In this document: piece by piece, positions 38,492-52,800 of the stretch | Layout of the letters: each line of letters opens with the position of its first letter | Numbering within the stretch: the stretch's first letter is position 1 | Source: Mizuhopecten yessoensis | Taxonomy: Eukaryota | Length of the DNA: 64,000 nt | Assembly (NCBI RefSeq): GCF_002113885.1 | Contig: NW_018405126.1 | Location: forward strand, 84,867 to 148,866 | Reading direction: 5' to 3' | Notes under the pieces: model-generated | What the model was told of the DNA's origin: nothing | Databases searched by the model: none | Seen by the model: only the letters and a program-made list of their open reading frames with translations | Position numbers and translations under genes: made by a program

Positions 38492-40670
38492 TTTAAAAGT
38501 CTATTATTAGGTCTTACATGGTGTTACATACCACATATACGTTCATTTGCATCTTATCGTATTTTTGCTTGTCACAATCCGGTCGATCCCACATATTTTT
38601 GTATCTGACAAGGATACGGAAATGCAATATCCCGTGTCTTCATCGTGCAAGGATATACAATGTCTTTTGCAAATCTTTTTTCTATAAATAACTTGTGGAT
38701 TTTCCATTATATAAGATATTGAACGGTATGTAACCGGGTTCACTGACCGGGTTCACCCGATTGCCGATTATGATTTTGACGTTCTATATAGGACTTTGTC
38801 TCGGATGGTATAGCAAAGTACATGTAAGTATTCTAACAAAGATAAACATTAACTTTTAGGTAATTCAGGGATTACAATGTCATATGTTATACACATATTG
38901 TGTAACAAGTGTAAAAATAGCCTGCTCATTATATACAACAGCAGGTGCGTGAATGAAATATGCGCTAGACTACCTTTGTGTAATCTCACTGGGAAATACG
39001 TGGTATTACGTAATGTACAGAATTCAGGGAATTCTAGTATATTTGAAAGAGGGGGCGTAGAATGAAAACTTTTGCCGAGCGGAGCGAGGCGAAAACACTT
39101 TTGGACCTGTTTTTGCTAAAAAAAACCCCATAAAATAATTGTGAAATGCACTAATGTAACGAGGTTTTTTTTGGCTTCCACTAATTACAATAAACGAAAG
39201 AAAATGTAAACGTTTCCCCAATGGTGCCATGCATTTTTTTACGCCAACAATAAATGTAGTATTTTTGCAGCAAAATAATTTTGTCAGACCCAGTTGTGTT
39301 GGAGGTGATGATTTGTTGACGGGAGTATTTATCTTAATTCTTAAATATCAAATGTTACCCCTACACTCTAGGATAGGTCAAAGGATACCTCAGCGATTGA
39401 TTCTCACATAATCCCTGTGTTATTCACTGTGTTTTATAATCTGATTTTTTCTCACTGACTTAAGATAAGTTAAGGAGCGTGGAGACGCAAAGGGAGTTAA
39501 CTCCAGAGTCAACCCACACTTTGCAATACACTTATCGGTTGAATTTCATTTATGTATATTGTCATAATGCATTTACTTTACTTTGTCAATTTTCAATGAA
39601 TGTATAAATGTATATTGTTCTTTTTAAACTTCCTTTAACGCTGTGCTGTCAATTACAATATTTATGCATCAATTCTCTAAATAGACTGTTCTTCATAAGG
39701 GTCATTGTCACAGTAGCTCCCTCAAACTCATCTTTGTTTGCGCAAAGAAACACCAGTTTTGCTACGTTTAGGATTTACATTTGGTAAACTCTGACAGAGG
39801 AACGTGTAATTTAAATGTGACCGGAACTATGACTTGCTGTTACAAATGTAATTTGGACTCAGATACGTCGCATTAATATGCTATTTGAACGTTTACTTAG
39901 GGAATGACTGTTCCATATTACCTCCGTCTCTCCTCTCTTTTATCTTATTATAGATATATTTATCGCCCATCTTTATTGTTTATCTGCTTACCAACAATTG
40001 TTATTTTCAACGCCAATAATTGTATACTTTACTTTAAAATTTTAATCCTAAGTGTATTATACCGGTTTACTTTGGCAGAAAATAGCAGCGCAGAAAGATA
40101 TTTTCAAAACAATTCTATCGTCATTAGCTTTTCCATGTACACATTTGCTCTTAATTAAAATAGTGTTGTTATTCTCACATTATTTTTTCGTTACTTTACA
40201 ATGATTCGGTAACGACGTACTATTTTCCTACGCGCTTCATATCCGTGTTGAATACTATTTCCGGTTCAAGACGTCACCTAGCGCGAGCAGTCGTTCTGTT
40301 TTTAAAAGCAAAGCAAGGGAAATATGTCGATTCTCCTCATCGGACACTGCGATGTTGATGAGTTATCACCAACCCATCCCAAGTCCTCTGATTGAAAGTC
40401 AGAACATCGGAAGAAGTACAAATCACACTGGAAAACATATTTGTTAACAACGATGATCCGATAATTGTTTTAAAACCAAGATGAAGGTATGATTTTTTCG
40501 GATGAGCAGTACCATTAAAAATACCAAAAGAAACTTATGTGTTCTTTTGTTTTGAATGAAGATGAGTCATGCTATCTACTCTAGCTTATGTCTATAGTAT
40601 ATGTATGTATGTAGTAAACAAGTCTACTGATGCTAAATAAGGTTGATCAATGATTCAGTAAGCTCCACAA

Positions 40671-40898
40671 GGGCCCTCGGTTGCTAAGTGGTTAAGGCGT
40701 CAGACATTCTGCTACCACTAGCCCTCCACCAGTGGGTCGCGGGTTCGAGGTCTACGTGGGGCAGTCGCCAGGTACTGGCCGTAGGTCTTTATGGTTTTTC
40801 TGCGGGAATTTCGGCTTTTCTCCACCACCAAAACCTGGCACGTCCTTCAATGACCATAACTGTTAACAGGACGTAAAACACAAACCAACCAAACCAAA
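40671..40898 (+). mobile_element. Full-length tRNA-derived SINE with (CAAAC)n tail and TSD
   Basis: A box GGTTGCTAAGTGG, B box GGTTCGAGGTC, V-like core, tail GGCACGTCCTT...GGACGTAAAAC(AAACC)n; TCCACAA direct repeat on both sides. A 5'-truncated copy lies at 43315-43460. Confidence 0.8.
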
Positions 40899-41077
40899 TC
40901 CACAAAGTAACACTCCATTAAGATGCGAAATCAATGGTTAACTTCTTCTGTAATCTATCACCATCTTTAAACAGTACGGCAATTTAAAAACATCTTATTC
41001 ACGATTCATAACTACGTCAATTAGATTTTACCTTTAAAAATGAGGAATTGAACATTACAAATATTACAAGTCGAGAC

Positions 41078-41547
41078 CACAGGGACCTGATAATTAGCTA
41101 CAGCTACCTATATGTACCTAAACTCAGGTGTTCAGAGTGATTTGACATGTTTTAGGGGTTTAGATCGACTTTCGCTAAAAATGACGCCCCCAACGAGAAG
41201 GGCGGAAAGCTCTCGATGTTGAAAAGTCGACCCCACCTATTTTAATATCTTGTATCAAAAACAACATTTCTAGTTGATCTACGGAACAATCCTTGGTACC
41301 TTTGGAAAGATGTTTCAATTTTCTTTTAAAAGCCTCCTATATGGACGTAAACTATATTCCCCTTCCGCGGACACGATCTCCGTTTCCTTCCAAAAACGCA
41401 CGCCATTTCAGAGCTTCAAAGATTTCGCTGTCATTGGGGGTGTCATTTTTAGCGAAAGTCGATCTAAACCTCTTAAATATGTAAAGTTACTCTGAACACC
41501 CTAGTTTAGTTACAAATATAGCTGTAACAAATGCTCAGGTCCCTGTA
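41078..41547. mobile_element. 470-bp MITE with long imperfect TIRs and a perfect 8-bp target-site duplication
   Basis: GTCGAGAC at 41070-41077 and 41548-41555 flanks CACAGGGACCTGA...TCAGGTCCCTGTA; inverted similarity extends about 110 bp inward. Confidence 0.8.
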
Positions 41548-42480
41548 GTCGAGACATCCTTGAATAGGACAGACACGGTGTGGTGATATAATCTATACAC
41601 TCGTGTTCAAGGGCAGGTAGGTACAAATATATCTTAATCGTCGGAATATACCAACGATGTACATTCAAGTACGGCGCCTTTGATTAATTTGATTTATTTT
41701 TTATCATTTATTAACATATACATGTAGATGATCAAAGATGCAATAACACGGTCATTCTTTTTCGGTACCCGATCTGAAAAAAAGGTTAAAGCTTTTAATT
41801 ATTCCAAATACTTTGTGTCTTGTGAGTATTTGATGACAATATTGACCCAGAGTTCTGCAAAACGTACGCATCAATCAATTGATCAAAGTAAATTAATAAT
41901 GATAAATGGCTTGTCATATTTAAAAAAAAAACCAATAAGCGATGTGACGAACCAATCGGTGTTTCGATCACAAACGTAGGAAAAAATTGTCGCCATCATT
42001 CAGATTTTCGATCTGGATAGCTTTAAAACTGGCCTGGTAAAACTGGAACAGTTGGTATTTCACCGACACTGAATTGTGTACTGTTCTTGTGTTTGGAGCT
42101 ATCCAAATGGGATTAAGCGCATAATTCCCGAGACAGCGCATACTTATGATCGACCAACTGATATCGGCCTGTTTTTGATTTTTCAGGAAGTATACCAAAA
42201 CTTATTCTGCATAATAAATAGTATACATGAACTTGAAGAACACATATTTTCCTGTCATTCCAGGCGCTCCCGGCCTTATCATATGCTTTCTGGCACAGGG
42301 TCATTTTACTATGGGGCAATGGAGTTTGCAACCTTGATTATATTGTAAACGTGTATTGACAGACGAAGTTAGTTACAGTGGTGAACTCAATTTCTCCTAT
42401 CACAATCCGTTGAAGTAGGGAATTACGGAAACCTATGATGGCTAATTTCTTTTCTAAACATTTTCTTCAGCTTGGTAAGT

Positions 42481-42911
42481 ATGGATTGTGAAAAGATTTA
42501 TGTAACACAACCAATAAGTATTTATATGCGAGGTTTCGATGACTAGTACGGTATGTACATGTACACTGTCACCTTCATCAGACAAAAGACCAGTGAAGCG
42601 TATGTACACAAAGGTGTAAAATATGACCAAGTATTAGCTGAATCGAGTCATTTCGGTACATATGTAACTCCCACCCTGGTAAAAAAAAATACTAGCCGCT
42701 TCCTACCGTCTCGGCTAGGGAGATTTTCTCTTAAGCTCATTCGGTAGAACGTAAGACTAGTAAACCGGAGGTCCCGGGTTCGACTCCTAGCGGAGGCATT
42801 GAAACATGATCGATTTGTGGACAACTTTGTGGAGTACATACCGTACTAGTCATCGAAACGTCACATATAAACACTTATTGGATATGCTACATGGATCTTT
42901 TCACAATCTAT
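42481..42911. mobile_element. Inverted-arm element with a minimal hammerhead motif enclosing a tRNA-like head
   Basis: Arms 42481-42558 and 42834-42911 are reverse complements. Minus strand has CTGATGA (42581-42575), stem II and GAAA (42537-42534); tRNA-like sequence at 42732-42797. Confidence 0.55.
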
Positions 42912-43620
42912 GGTGGCTAATATATGTTTTGTTTTGTTATTCATTTTGTCGCTTGGTATCTTTTCGCGGGCGTCAAACTGAACGGACGAAATGTCACATA
43001 TAAACCACCATAGTAAAGGCAATGTTTGTAAAATGTAGCTTTTATTTGTTGAAGCCGCTCGAACTGTCAGATCAAAGACATATTTCTCTACTGCCTCACA
43101 ATCGGAAAAGCAGAAAGCATTGTCATTTTCAAACATGCCTGTTGCCGCGGTTATAATGACTGTGTTGCACATAAGTCCATAGAAATATGTGCATTAATTA
43201 ACGACCATATCATGACCAGTCACCATTAACACTTTCTGTATAACTATATGCCTACTCCTTAATTCTAGTTAGGCACTGTAGTCAATGCTTTGTCTATTTG
43301 TAGAAAGTTCATACCGTTCGAGGCCTACGTGGGGCGGAATGGCCGTAGGTCGGTGGTTTTTCACCGGGAACTCCGGCTTTCCTCCACCACCAAAACCTGG
43401 CACGTCCTTAAATGACCAAAGCTATATATATGACGTAAAGCACAAACAAACAAACCAAACATACCGTGTAATATACTTCATACATGACGATACTTTACTG
43501 ATATACACAATTCATATACTTATTGTTGATTCTTCCGCCATCTCTGAACTGTGATGATCCTGCGGTAAGCTATGTTTATTAAGATCTGTGCGGATATTCC
43601 CATGAGATGTCTCATATCAT

Positions 43621-44458
43621 TTTCAGCTCACCTGGCCTAAAGTGAGTAAATAAGTACGCAGTACTTATGCCGTAATGCGGCGTCCATCGTCCGTCGTCCG
43701 TCCGCCCGTCTGTCGTCCGTCCATCAACTTTTTCTTTTGAACGACCTCTTCTGAAGGACTGGAGGACCTAGGGTCATGCTATTTGGCCAGTAGGTACCTG
43801 GGATGGAGTGCTATACACTTTCCTCGTTAAAATGATCTTGACCTACTTTCAATGTCACAGGGGTCAAATATAATAAAAACTTCAAACAACAATATCGTTA
43901 GAACCATTTGGACTAGAGTCATGATATTTGAGTATGTTATGTAGACCAGCAGTGAGAATCGTGTTTGGTATTACAGTAAGGAGGTCAAATGAAAACTTGA
44001 AGTGCTAGTCGGGGTCAAACGTGAACATGGGTTAATAGCTTTAACAATCCTCTTCTCAAGTTCCATAAGGCCCAGCTTCATGATATTTGGCCAGTAGGTA
44101 CCTGGGATGAAGTGCTACAAAGTACCTTTATTAAAAGGACCTTGACATACTTTCAAGGTCACAGGGGTCAAATATGTTAACAACTTTAAACAATGATATC
44201 CTAAGGAGCATTTGTTCTAGAGTCATGATACTTTTTAAATGTCAACTTCAAATGCTAGCCGGAGTCAAAGGTCAACGTGGGTTAAAAGCTTTAAAATTAA
44301 AACTTGAAATTTCAAACAACAATATCTTAAGAAGCGTTTAAGAGATGTAAAAATGTCTTGTGTTCTTGTTACCAGATTTGGTCTTAAGTTACCTATATGT
44401 CAGTTTCATGTAACAAAAGAAACAGGTGAGCGATACAGGTCCTATGGGCCTCTTGTTT
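43621..44458 (+). mobile_element. HINE-like element with internal tandem repeats
   Basis: Same termini as the 31390 element (TTTCAGCTCACCTGG, (CGTC)n, CAGGTGAGCG..AGGTCCTATGGGCCTCTTGTT); interior resembles the reverse complement of the 7249 array. Confidence 0.75.
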
Positions 44459-46864
44459 TAAATGTCTTACTCAGTAAGAATTATTTCAGACATATCAATT
44501 ATACATGTACATCCGGACCAGGAAATTTGAGAATCGTTTTAGACAGTTTAGCTTTTGTGACTCATATAACAGGAAGGAACGTGTCGCCGCACAATAAATG
44601 TATGTTATTTTGCTGCTATAAAATTCATGTAAATATGCATTTATTTATTGCCATTATGTCATTGTCATATTTAAATGTGTGTAAAGCACAAAGGCATTGT
44701 TGCCTATTGCAAATTAAATAAAAGGCATTAAACAGGGATTGTCGGTGAATCGATGAAATGTAAATAAGTGGTACTATATTTTGTATGACAGCAATTCTTT
44801 TATGTCGGCACAGCTGAAGATGGCAAAGCAATTCTTTCTTGGAGAAATTACTCATCATAATTAGAAATACTCTTTTAATTAAATTAAGGGAATTATATCT
44901 TATATATATATTTTTTTATACTCTTTTGGAGGCGAAGCGCTCCCACTTAAGGCCAGAACCCTTATATTCAATATCACTGTACCAAAAACTGGACACTTTT
45001 TAGATGAATATCAATTTTGTATTCCATACTTCCAAATCCATAAATGTTTGTTCTTTTTTCATAAATAGATATATTACATGTATCCACTCTTAATTTCTAT
45101 AACAAGTTCGCCTGGTCCCAGTCACATCAACTCTTGTATCATCTTTAACCCAACGTACATAGTTTTAACTTTTAGATTAACATGATTTCTATTTAACCCT
45201 GTTTTAATTGGAGTCGTCATTTCCTCTCAAATATCAGGAAGAAGAAGAAGTTGGTATTTCCGGAGTGTGATTCTATAAATAGAACGCGGAACGGTCACGT
45301 ACGCCCTTGAATCGGTGTTACTGTACCCTGAAAGGCACACTTTGGTATTTTGGGGGATAAACAATTAATAACAGCAGAAAATTATTCATACTTCAAAATA
45401 TCTTAGAGTCAATGGGGGGTTTCGATTTTTTTTTCTTTCCAAACTACAATACCCAGTTTGCATAAATTGCAACATTCAAATCTTAAAACCTTGGTTAATA
45501 TTTTAGCATTTTACTCCTGTGTTCTTCACTGTATTGTACATGCACGTGTATAAGTATACGCCTGTATGATCTTATCATGGGTAAATTTATTCCCAATCAC
45601 ATTGTTATTGCTGTAATAGCATATATATATTAAAATGAAGTTAAAGTCTGAAAAAGTGTTGTACTTCCCTCCAGTGTTGAGCTGTCTATCACAACATAAT
45701 GCAATCCATTAAATGAACAGTCATCCGTTGGTTGTTAATGTAACATTCCGAAATGTGGCATATATTTTCCTTTTCAGTACATATCATTGTATACTTTGTT
45801 ATTTATTGCAATTCGAAATTAAACATACATGTTTAGTTGGAACAGAAAAAAATGAATATGATGTTTAAACTAAAATGCTATTTCAAAATTTAATAAGTGA
45901 AATCCGTTCATTCACAACGTGGTATACTGCGGGATTTGTAAGCCAATCACATAAGCGAACTACAAACTATCACCAGGTGCATGGCTTCTTTATCGGACGC
46001 CTATGTCACGTGGCTCATTTGAAAGAGAAAGTTCAATAAATGGGTTAAAGAAATGATATGGAAGACTTGCAGAGGAGTTGTATGGAACAACATTCACTGT
46101 TACGTATACACGTATATTACGATATACTTCGCCATAAAGGGGATAAATACTTTTGAGAAAAACTTGTGAGAACTTTTGGTATATTCTAACATACTCTAAC
46201 ATAACAGTCGATGGGAAAACTATCATTACTTTAAGGTTCCATATTGATTTGTAGACACGCTTGAGAACAAGGCGGTGCGTTTCCATCATTTTTAGAATCA
46301 CGAGTATATATATATTCCACCGAAATACACAATAAACAGACAAAAGTTGTTTTTATCTATTTAACAACATAAAAACTAACTGGATGCATTTTTTCCTACT
46401 TGTTTAGTCTCTGTAGAGATGTCTTCTATATTATCCAATAATTTAAAATGTAGAAACCATCTGGTTCATTATTAGTCTCTATTTGCATACATGTACACTT
46501 CTGTCAATCGGGAACCATCGACACTTCCCTTAAACGGAAAGTACCGACGGTTCCCGATTGCACTCATGTGTCAATGGCCAAACAACCATAATCAAATCAT
46601 TGTTCATTTTGAGCTGACTGACGTATTATATAACGAGACATTTCGAGTAAACAGGTAGAAGTTCCAAATTTGTATATGTAACAGGAAAGAGAATAATGTG
46701 CTTCTTTCCACCGGGGATCGAACCCTCGATCTCCAGGTTCCTACGGGTACCACTGATCATGAGCTAAAGGGAAATTCCAGCTGGCTCTACCGCTCTTCCG
46801 TTGGTATGAATTTAATGCTATTTATAGAACCCGTAATTCCCACGAGGTGTCAAGCTTGTGTAAC

Positions 46865-49800
46865 ATGTTTATTACGGTGATGATTGTAATATGCACATAT
46901 ACCGTACCTTTTGGCCAGGTAAGTGAATGATTTAGCTAATAAGATAACTCAAATACTTGTGTGTAACATTTAAAGAATAATACCGCAGTTTTTACCTAAC
47001 AGAATACACTGACGCTCATTTACGGTATTCCACGTAACACTATGTTAGTTTCGTTTTGGGTTTATCAGCTACTGATAATATGACGATGATTCAGAAGTAG
47101 TTTTTATGATATTAAATGAGAAAGTTGTGAAATGTTTAAGTCTTTTTAAATGTCTTTACATGATACAACTCCACGCGCTGACTTATACATATTACTAATT
47201 AGTCTGTAGCCTAGTTACGTGGCGCAACGTATACATTATGTATGTCTGTTTCTGTTTTTATCAATAATGAACCATATGTTATACGTAGAAACGCCCAGTA
47301 CGTGCGATATATATATATATATATACATTGTATATTCATATTACTACTCCTGTCGCTATGTGGGCTAATCATCGTGTATACGTACGGTAAACCAACACCA
47401 TTCAGGAGTGGGGGGCACATACATGTGGTAAAAAAAAATGTATTGGATCATTGGTGAGTTATGCAACGGGATGGTCTAGTCACAGATTTTTAAAATAAGT
47501 ACGGAAACGTTTTGAAATCACTAATTTATTTTTTAAATCCTATCGACCTAGGCATCTCACAAAATATGTATATATATATATATACATTATCGTCATGGTT
47601 AACCCTGGGAAACACTCGTATTCAAAGTGTGATCAATACAGGTCGAACAAAGAATGCGTTTCGCTGGTAGAACAAAGCTTTAAAGTGTGATCAATACAGG
47701 TCGAACGAAGAATGCGTTTCGTTGGTAGAACAAAGCGTGTGTTTGCCTGTCTCGGTGTTATCTATATATATATACACCACTGTGATTCAAACTTCCGTGT
47801 AGCTCTAATATCATTGGCTATATTCTATGTGATGCCAATTACCGTAAATTTGGGCACAAGAAACCGCACGCGTGTGATCAGAACATTTAAATCAACCAAT
47901 TGTTTATAAGATATAGAAGGACAATGACATCGACTCATTAAACAGTGTTGTACAGATATAAGATATAGTTATTTAAGGGGTCTGATTTCAACATCAAAAA
48001 CTGTGTCAGCTGGCAAGTGGCCTACTCTTGTGTGCCTTCACAAAAAATGTGGGTCATTTCTTGAATACTTAAGTGTGTCACAGACAAATGTATTCTAACT
48101 ATCACACTCGGTAGAGAGCGTTAGACTGGTAAACCAAAGGTACAGGGTTCGATTCCTGGCGGATGCGTACTAATCATATTGACATCTGTTATAGAAAGGA
48201 TCAAATGTATATGTTTAGTATGAATAGTTGGTAATTGAAAATGCTAAATAAAAAAATTATGATCAGGCTCACATTAAATAGGATACACGAACCCACGACT
48301 GGTACAATGTATGTATGTGAACATTGATCTTGATAACTGTTTGTTAAAAGATCAGGGACCAGTGTTTTAATCGAGAATTTTTTTTGCAACCTGTACTTTA
48401 AGATTAAAACAAATGAAATTCTTCATAAGATCCATACAAATGCTCACAACCTTGAAATACCGTACACCAAACTATTCCATTTTAAATTCCTATTTTTGCA
48501 GTTCTTAGATGAAAGACCCAATTAAGTAAGGTTAAGTCTAAGGAGGTATCAGGGGGAATCCCACAGTTATAGCTCGGCGACTAGTACACATGTAACAGTA
48601 CCAGTAATACAAACATATTTATATTTAGTATACAATTCCTGTTGCCCTAAGATTTATGTCATTGTATACCTAAACACGTATATAGGATGTAACATATCTG
48701 ATGCTCATCACGAACAAGGACTAATCTGTATGCTATTTTATACGTAATAGGTCTTGCGATTTAATGACATACACGGACCTATGTTTTTGCACAGTGACAC
48801 TTAATTAATGTGCCCTATTTTACCTTATAGTAACTTGAAGCCGTTATTCCGTGCTTGAAATGATTTTTGTCCGCCATTGTTAATCGGTTTGAGATCCCGG
48901 GATGGAAATTAAACAACTAATTTATTTATCAACCAGTTTTAATTTACATGCACAGAATAATTGCAGGCAAGCAATACAAGATTTACTGCACATGTACTGT
49001 AATTTCTTTATCTAACTTCTCAAGTAAAACCCGATAATTACGAGGTTTCTCACCAGACATCTTTATGTCAAAATGGGCGGATTGGTCAAGTGGTTAACAC
49101 TTCGGCCTTCAACGCAGACGGCCGAGGTTCGATCCTCGAAGTCGTCGTACGCATGGAATATCAGAGAAAGTGGTTTTCTCTTGCCCACACAACTCCAACA
49201 ACCCAGGTGGAGTAAGAAATGGTCTGGGGTGCATGTTGCGGTATCTGTGCTGTAGCATTCAAGTGAGTTGGCACTATAAAAGATGCCGTTGGATGCACGG
49301 TCCCACTACAAAACAGAACACAATACATATCCAGCACACACGCAGGCATACACACATAAGGAAATATTAGCCAAGTGGCATAAGACTAGTAGTAAGCGCA
49401 TGATAAGGCAGCTCCTGCGAATTCCTCAAAATGAATTAATTAATGTATATGCTAATTGTTGTAAGTGTATATCTATGTAATGTAAAGCGCTTTAGAGTGC
49501 CTTATGTTAGCTAGATAGGGCGCTTTATCAAATGTTGCATGTTATTGTTCTTATAAAATGTCTCAGTCTGGTGTTAGGGTCAGTGGAAACTCGGGCTATA
49601 TACGATAAAGATGACATTTATTGGTATGGCAGCATCCCTCCTCCGACTAATCGTTTGGTCAATGTGTGTCGTCATGTTAGTTTTTCCTCGTTCATTTACT
49701 TAAAGAAAAAAATAATACACAAGTTTTAAATACATTTGCTTGTTTTCGTGCAGGTGACAGCTATTTCATCAATTTGTACATGGAGAGGGAATTATTTGTC

Positions 49801-52800
49801 ACTGCAACCAAACGGAAAGGGCGTATGTTCCCCTTGCTCTCAGTGTCCAGCAGGCAAGTTCATGCGTGCTCGTTGCACAAAGGACGTTGACACCAGATGC
49901 GCGCAATGCCGACACGGGTACTTTTCACTTGGTGGCTTCAAAAAGAAATGTACAAAATGCCGTAGACCAGTGTGTGAGAAGGGGTTTAGATATATCGGAT
50001 GCAAAAGGTATCGAAACGCAGCGTGTGTGCCTTGCAAGAAGGACTACTTCTATCTTCAATCGACGAATGAGTGTAAGAGATGCAGCATATGCCCACCTGG
50101 GCACTACGCCAGCAGTCCATGCGGTTTATTTAACGATACTTTGTGTAAGCCATGTCCAGAGGGCACGTTCCTGGAGAGTTACAATTTGCAGTTATATTGT
50201 AGAGCGTGCACGTTCTGTAGGTTTGGTGAGCAGACTATCCGGGAATGTACAGCCGACCACAACACTAAATGTGGGAGCTGTTCCGAAGGTAATGCAACGG
50301 ATTTGGAGTCGTACTTTCCGGATTAAGATTAAACATGTAATAAACCAATAAATAAGTTATGTTAAGACCTCATACCAAATTAACAAATACCATGTAGATA
50401 TGTGTTTGTTGCAATCTATTCTGCATTCTGTGATTTACCAGTGTATGTTGGAACTTTGATTTTTTTCTACTCACCATTACACATAACCAGTTGCATAACA
50501 CATATTTAATTGTCTTTAGAAAACAGTAGTCAACAATTAAAACAAATATTTCACCACTCAAAGGCAACTTTTAAAATTATCATGTGTCTGGTATATATAC
50601 ATGTAATCAAACTAACCACAACGGTTCATCTTCACATGCATTTATCTGTACGCTCATAGGATCAATGAATAACGAAAGTATTTTGATTTGTTGTGCAGGC
50701 TACTTCCGACTTGAGTCCTCTTATGAGTGTGCAAAGTGTTCTGTGTGCTATAGAGGCTATCCAGAGTATGTTATAGAGGTAGATGAGTGTCGAAGTAGCG
50801 AGAATAACAGCGATACTATTTGCATGCCGGTGGCCTATCCGCCATTCGGATATCCAGATGACGAGGAGGAATACGGTAGGTGACTTGATAAAGTGTGTTT
50901 TTATTCTTTTGGTAGATAATTTTTAAATAGAAAAAGTCCTATTACTGCGATGTATGTGTTTATATAACGATTTATCATGTTGATTAGAGGTCGTCTTTGT
51001 CGTCGTTACTCACGTAGGCAAATAGCTTCCCCGGTTTCACAATGTGAAATGTGTCCTTGAAATTAAATACGAAGTACTTACTGCTCTACTGTTTGAGCTA
51101 CCTGGTCGCCAACGATCGACCCACTCCAGTTTCGTTACACACGTATCACCTTAATGATTCACTGATGTAACTTAAGACGAAGGTGTGAACAGATCAGCTC
51201 GTTTATAATCCATATGTAAAAAAGTATTCCGTCATAAATAAAATCATAAATAAATCATTTCAAAGTTATGAAAAATATTGTGAGGAACATCATTGTAGGC
51301 GTCAATGTGCATATGGAAAAGTCGATGACGATAATATTGTTTTAAAATGTCTTTCTAATTAGTTTTAAAGTTCGTGGTATTCTCCCGCAGATATCCTCTG
51401 TTACCTTTTGATCGTATGGTATTTCGTTGACTTTTAGGAATGGAGGAATGTACAAAGTAGTAGTGTTTAGATAAATGATAAACATTTTATCACACAATTC
51501 TTTTCATGGTATGTTGTTCGAACAATTCTCATCACTCGCATTTGGATAAAAACTCGAGTCGCTCTATGGTTGCCTTTACATTTTATCCATGTGCTCGCGA
51601 TGAGACCGTTGTTCTCATAACAAACCCTGAAAACATTTTGTGACAATCTATAAATGCTGAATCAAGTAGTTTATGCTCAGCCCCAATCTCGTTTGTAGCT
51701 TGGTAACTTCGAAATTGTCTCCAGTTACTAAGGACAAATGGTATGTTTTGATAACGTGTCTTATTTCATAGGTATTGCAGATGTGACAGTTTTTAAAAAT
51801 GAATTCGATTGCCATGAATAAAAGAAAACAAAAAAACCTATCGTAGAAGGAACCAGCGGTTTTAGACAATAAAGTAAGCTGATTTGTTTCTCTGACAGGT
51901 TCCGTCTCCCCCGTTGTATTTGTCGTATTGTTTTTCTTTTGCATACTTTTCCCCACCGTATAACGTCACATCAGCTTGTCCTTATTGACGTAGATGTAAT
52001 GAGTGAAACAATTTTCTGATCATGGATTACTTTTCAAGTTTAGTGATATAATGATGATTTACTCTCCTTGCTTAGATATATCTTCTATATATAACGATGC
52101 TACATTATGTATTAGAATACAAACATATATCCCAATTTCTTTTCCAGATTATGAACTGATTACGACAAGGGAGTCGCCTGTTTCTTGGGCTGAAGGTGTT
52201 GGTGATGTTTTGATAGCAGTCTTTGTAATAATGGTGGCTGTACTCATCGGCATCAGCATTTCTGTTGGCTTTTGCTGCATCAGGAAACGGAGGCGTAGGA
52301 AAGGGAAGGAGACGAGGAAATTATTACCAGTGACACCAAGCACCAAGGTGGAAGAGTGGATGACTAAAATTTATGACAGCGAAACTGTCGTAATGATAGC
52401 ATCTAACAGTGAACCGATGTTATTCGTTCATGTTGATGATAAACCCCATCGAAATTCATATCCAACAGCTTTGTCATTGGCAAAAAACCTTGAGGCGGGG
52501 CATTTATCATCGCCCCTGCATAATACTAGTTCAGAAAATGAAGAGTTTGACTTGCTCTCCGTTTCAAAAGACGATCTACCGTCAGCAAATATAAACAAAC
52601 TGGCTCTGGAAGAGTCCCATGTTCATGTGACTGATGAAAACGTGTCAGCTGTTCCAACAGAGGAATGTAACGCTACGTCGGAAACCGACCTTATCTTTAC
52701 CATAGAAAATCTTAACAAGAGTTTTGCTGAGGGTCCGATGGTACACAGCGATACTCGTCCCCAGGTTAAAGACAAACAGATGGGTAACATATCAACAACA

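Noticed and set aside
42732-42797. tRNA-Thr gene (also 48108-48167 and the SINE heads)
   Set aside because: Anticodon and acceptor stems do not pair; these are repeat-associated tRNA-like sequences.
47242-47457. Hydrophobic ORF as the TNFR signal-peptide exon
   Set aside because: Its donor is phase 1 whereas the 49754 exon needs phase 0; 46865-46918 fits better.
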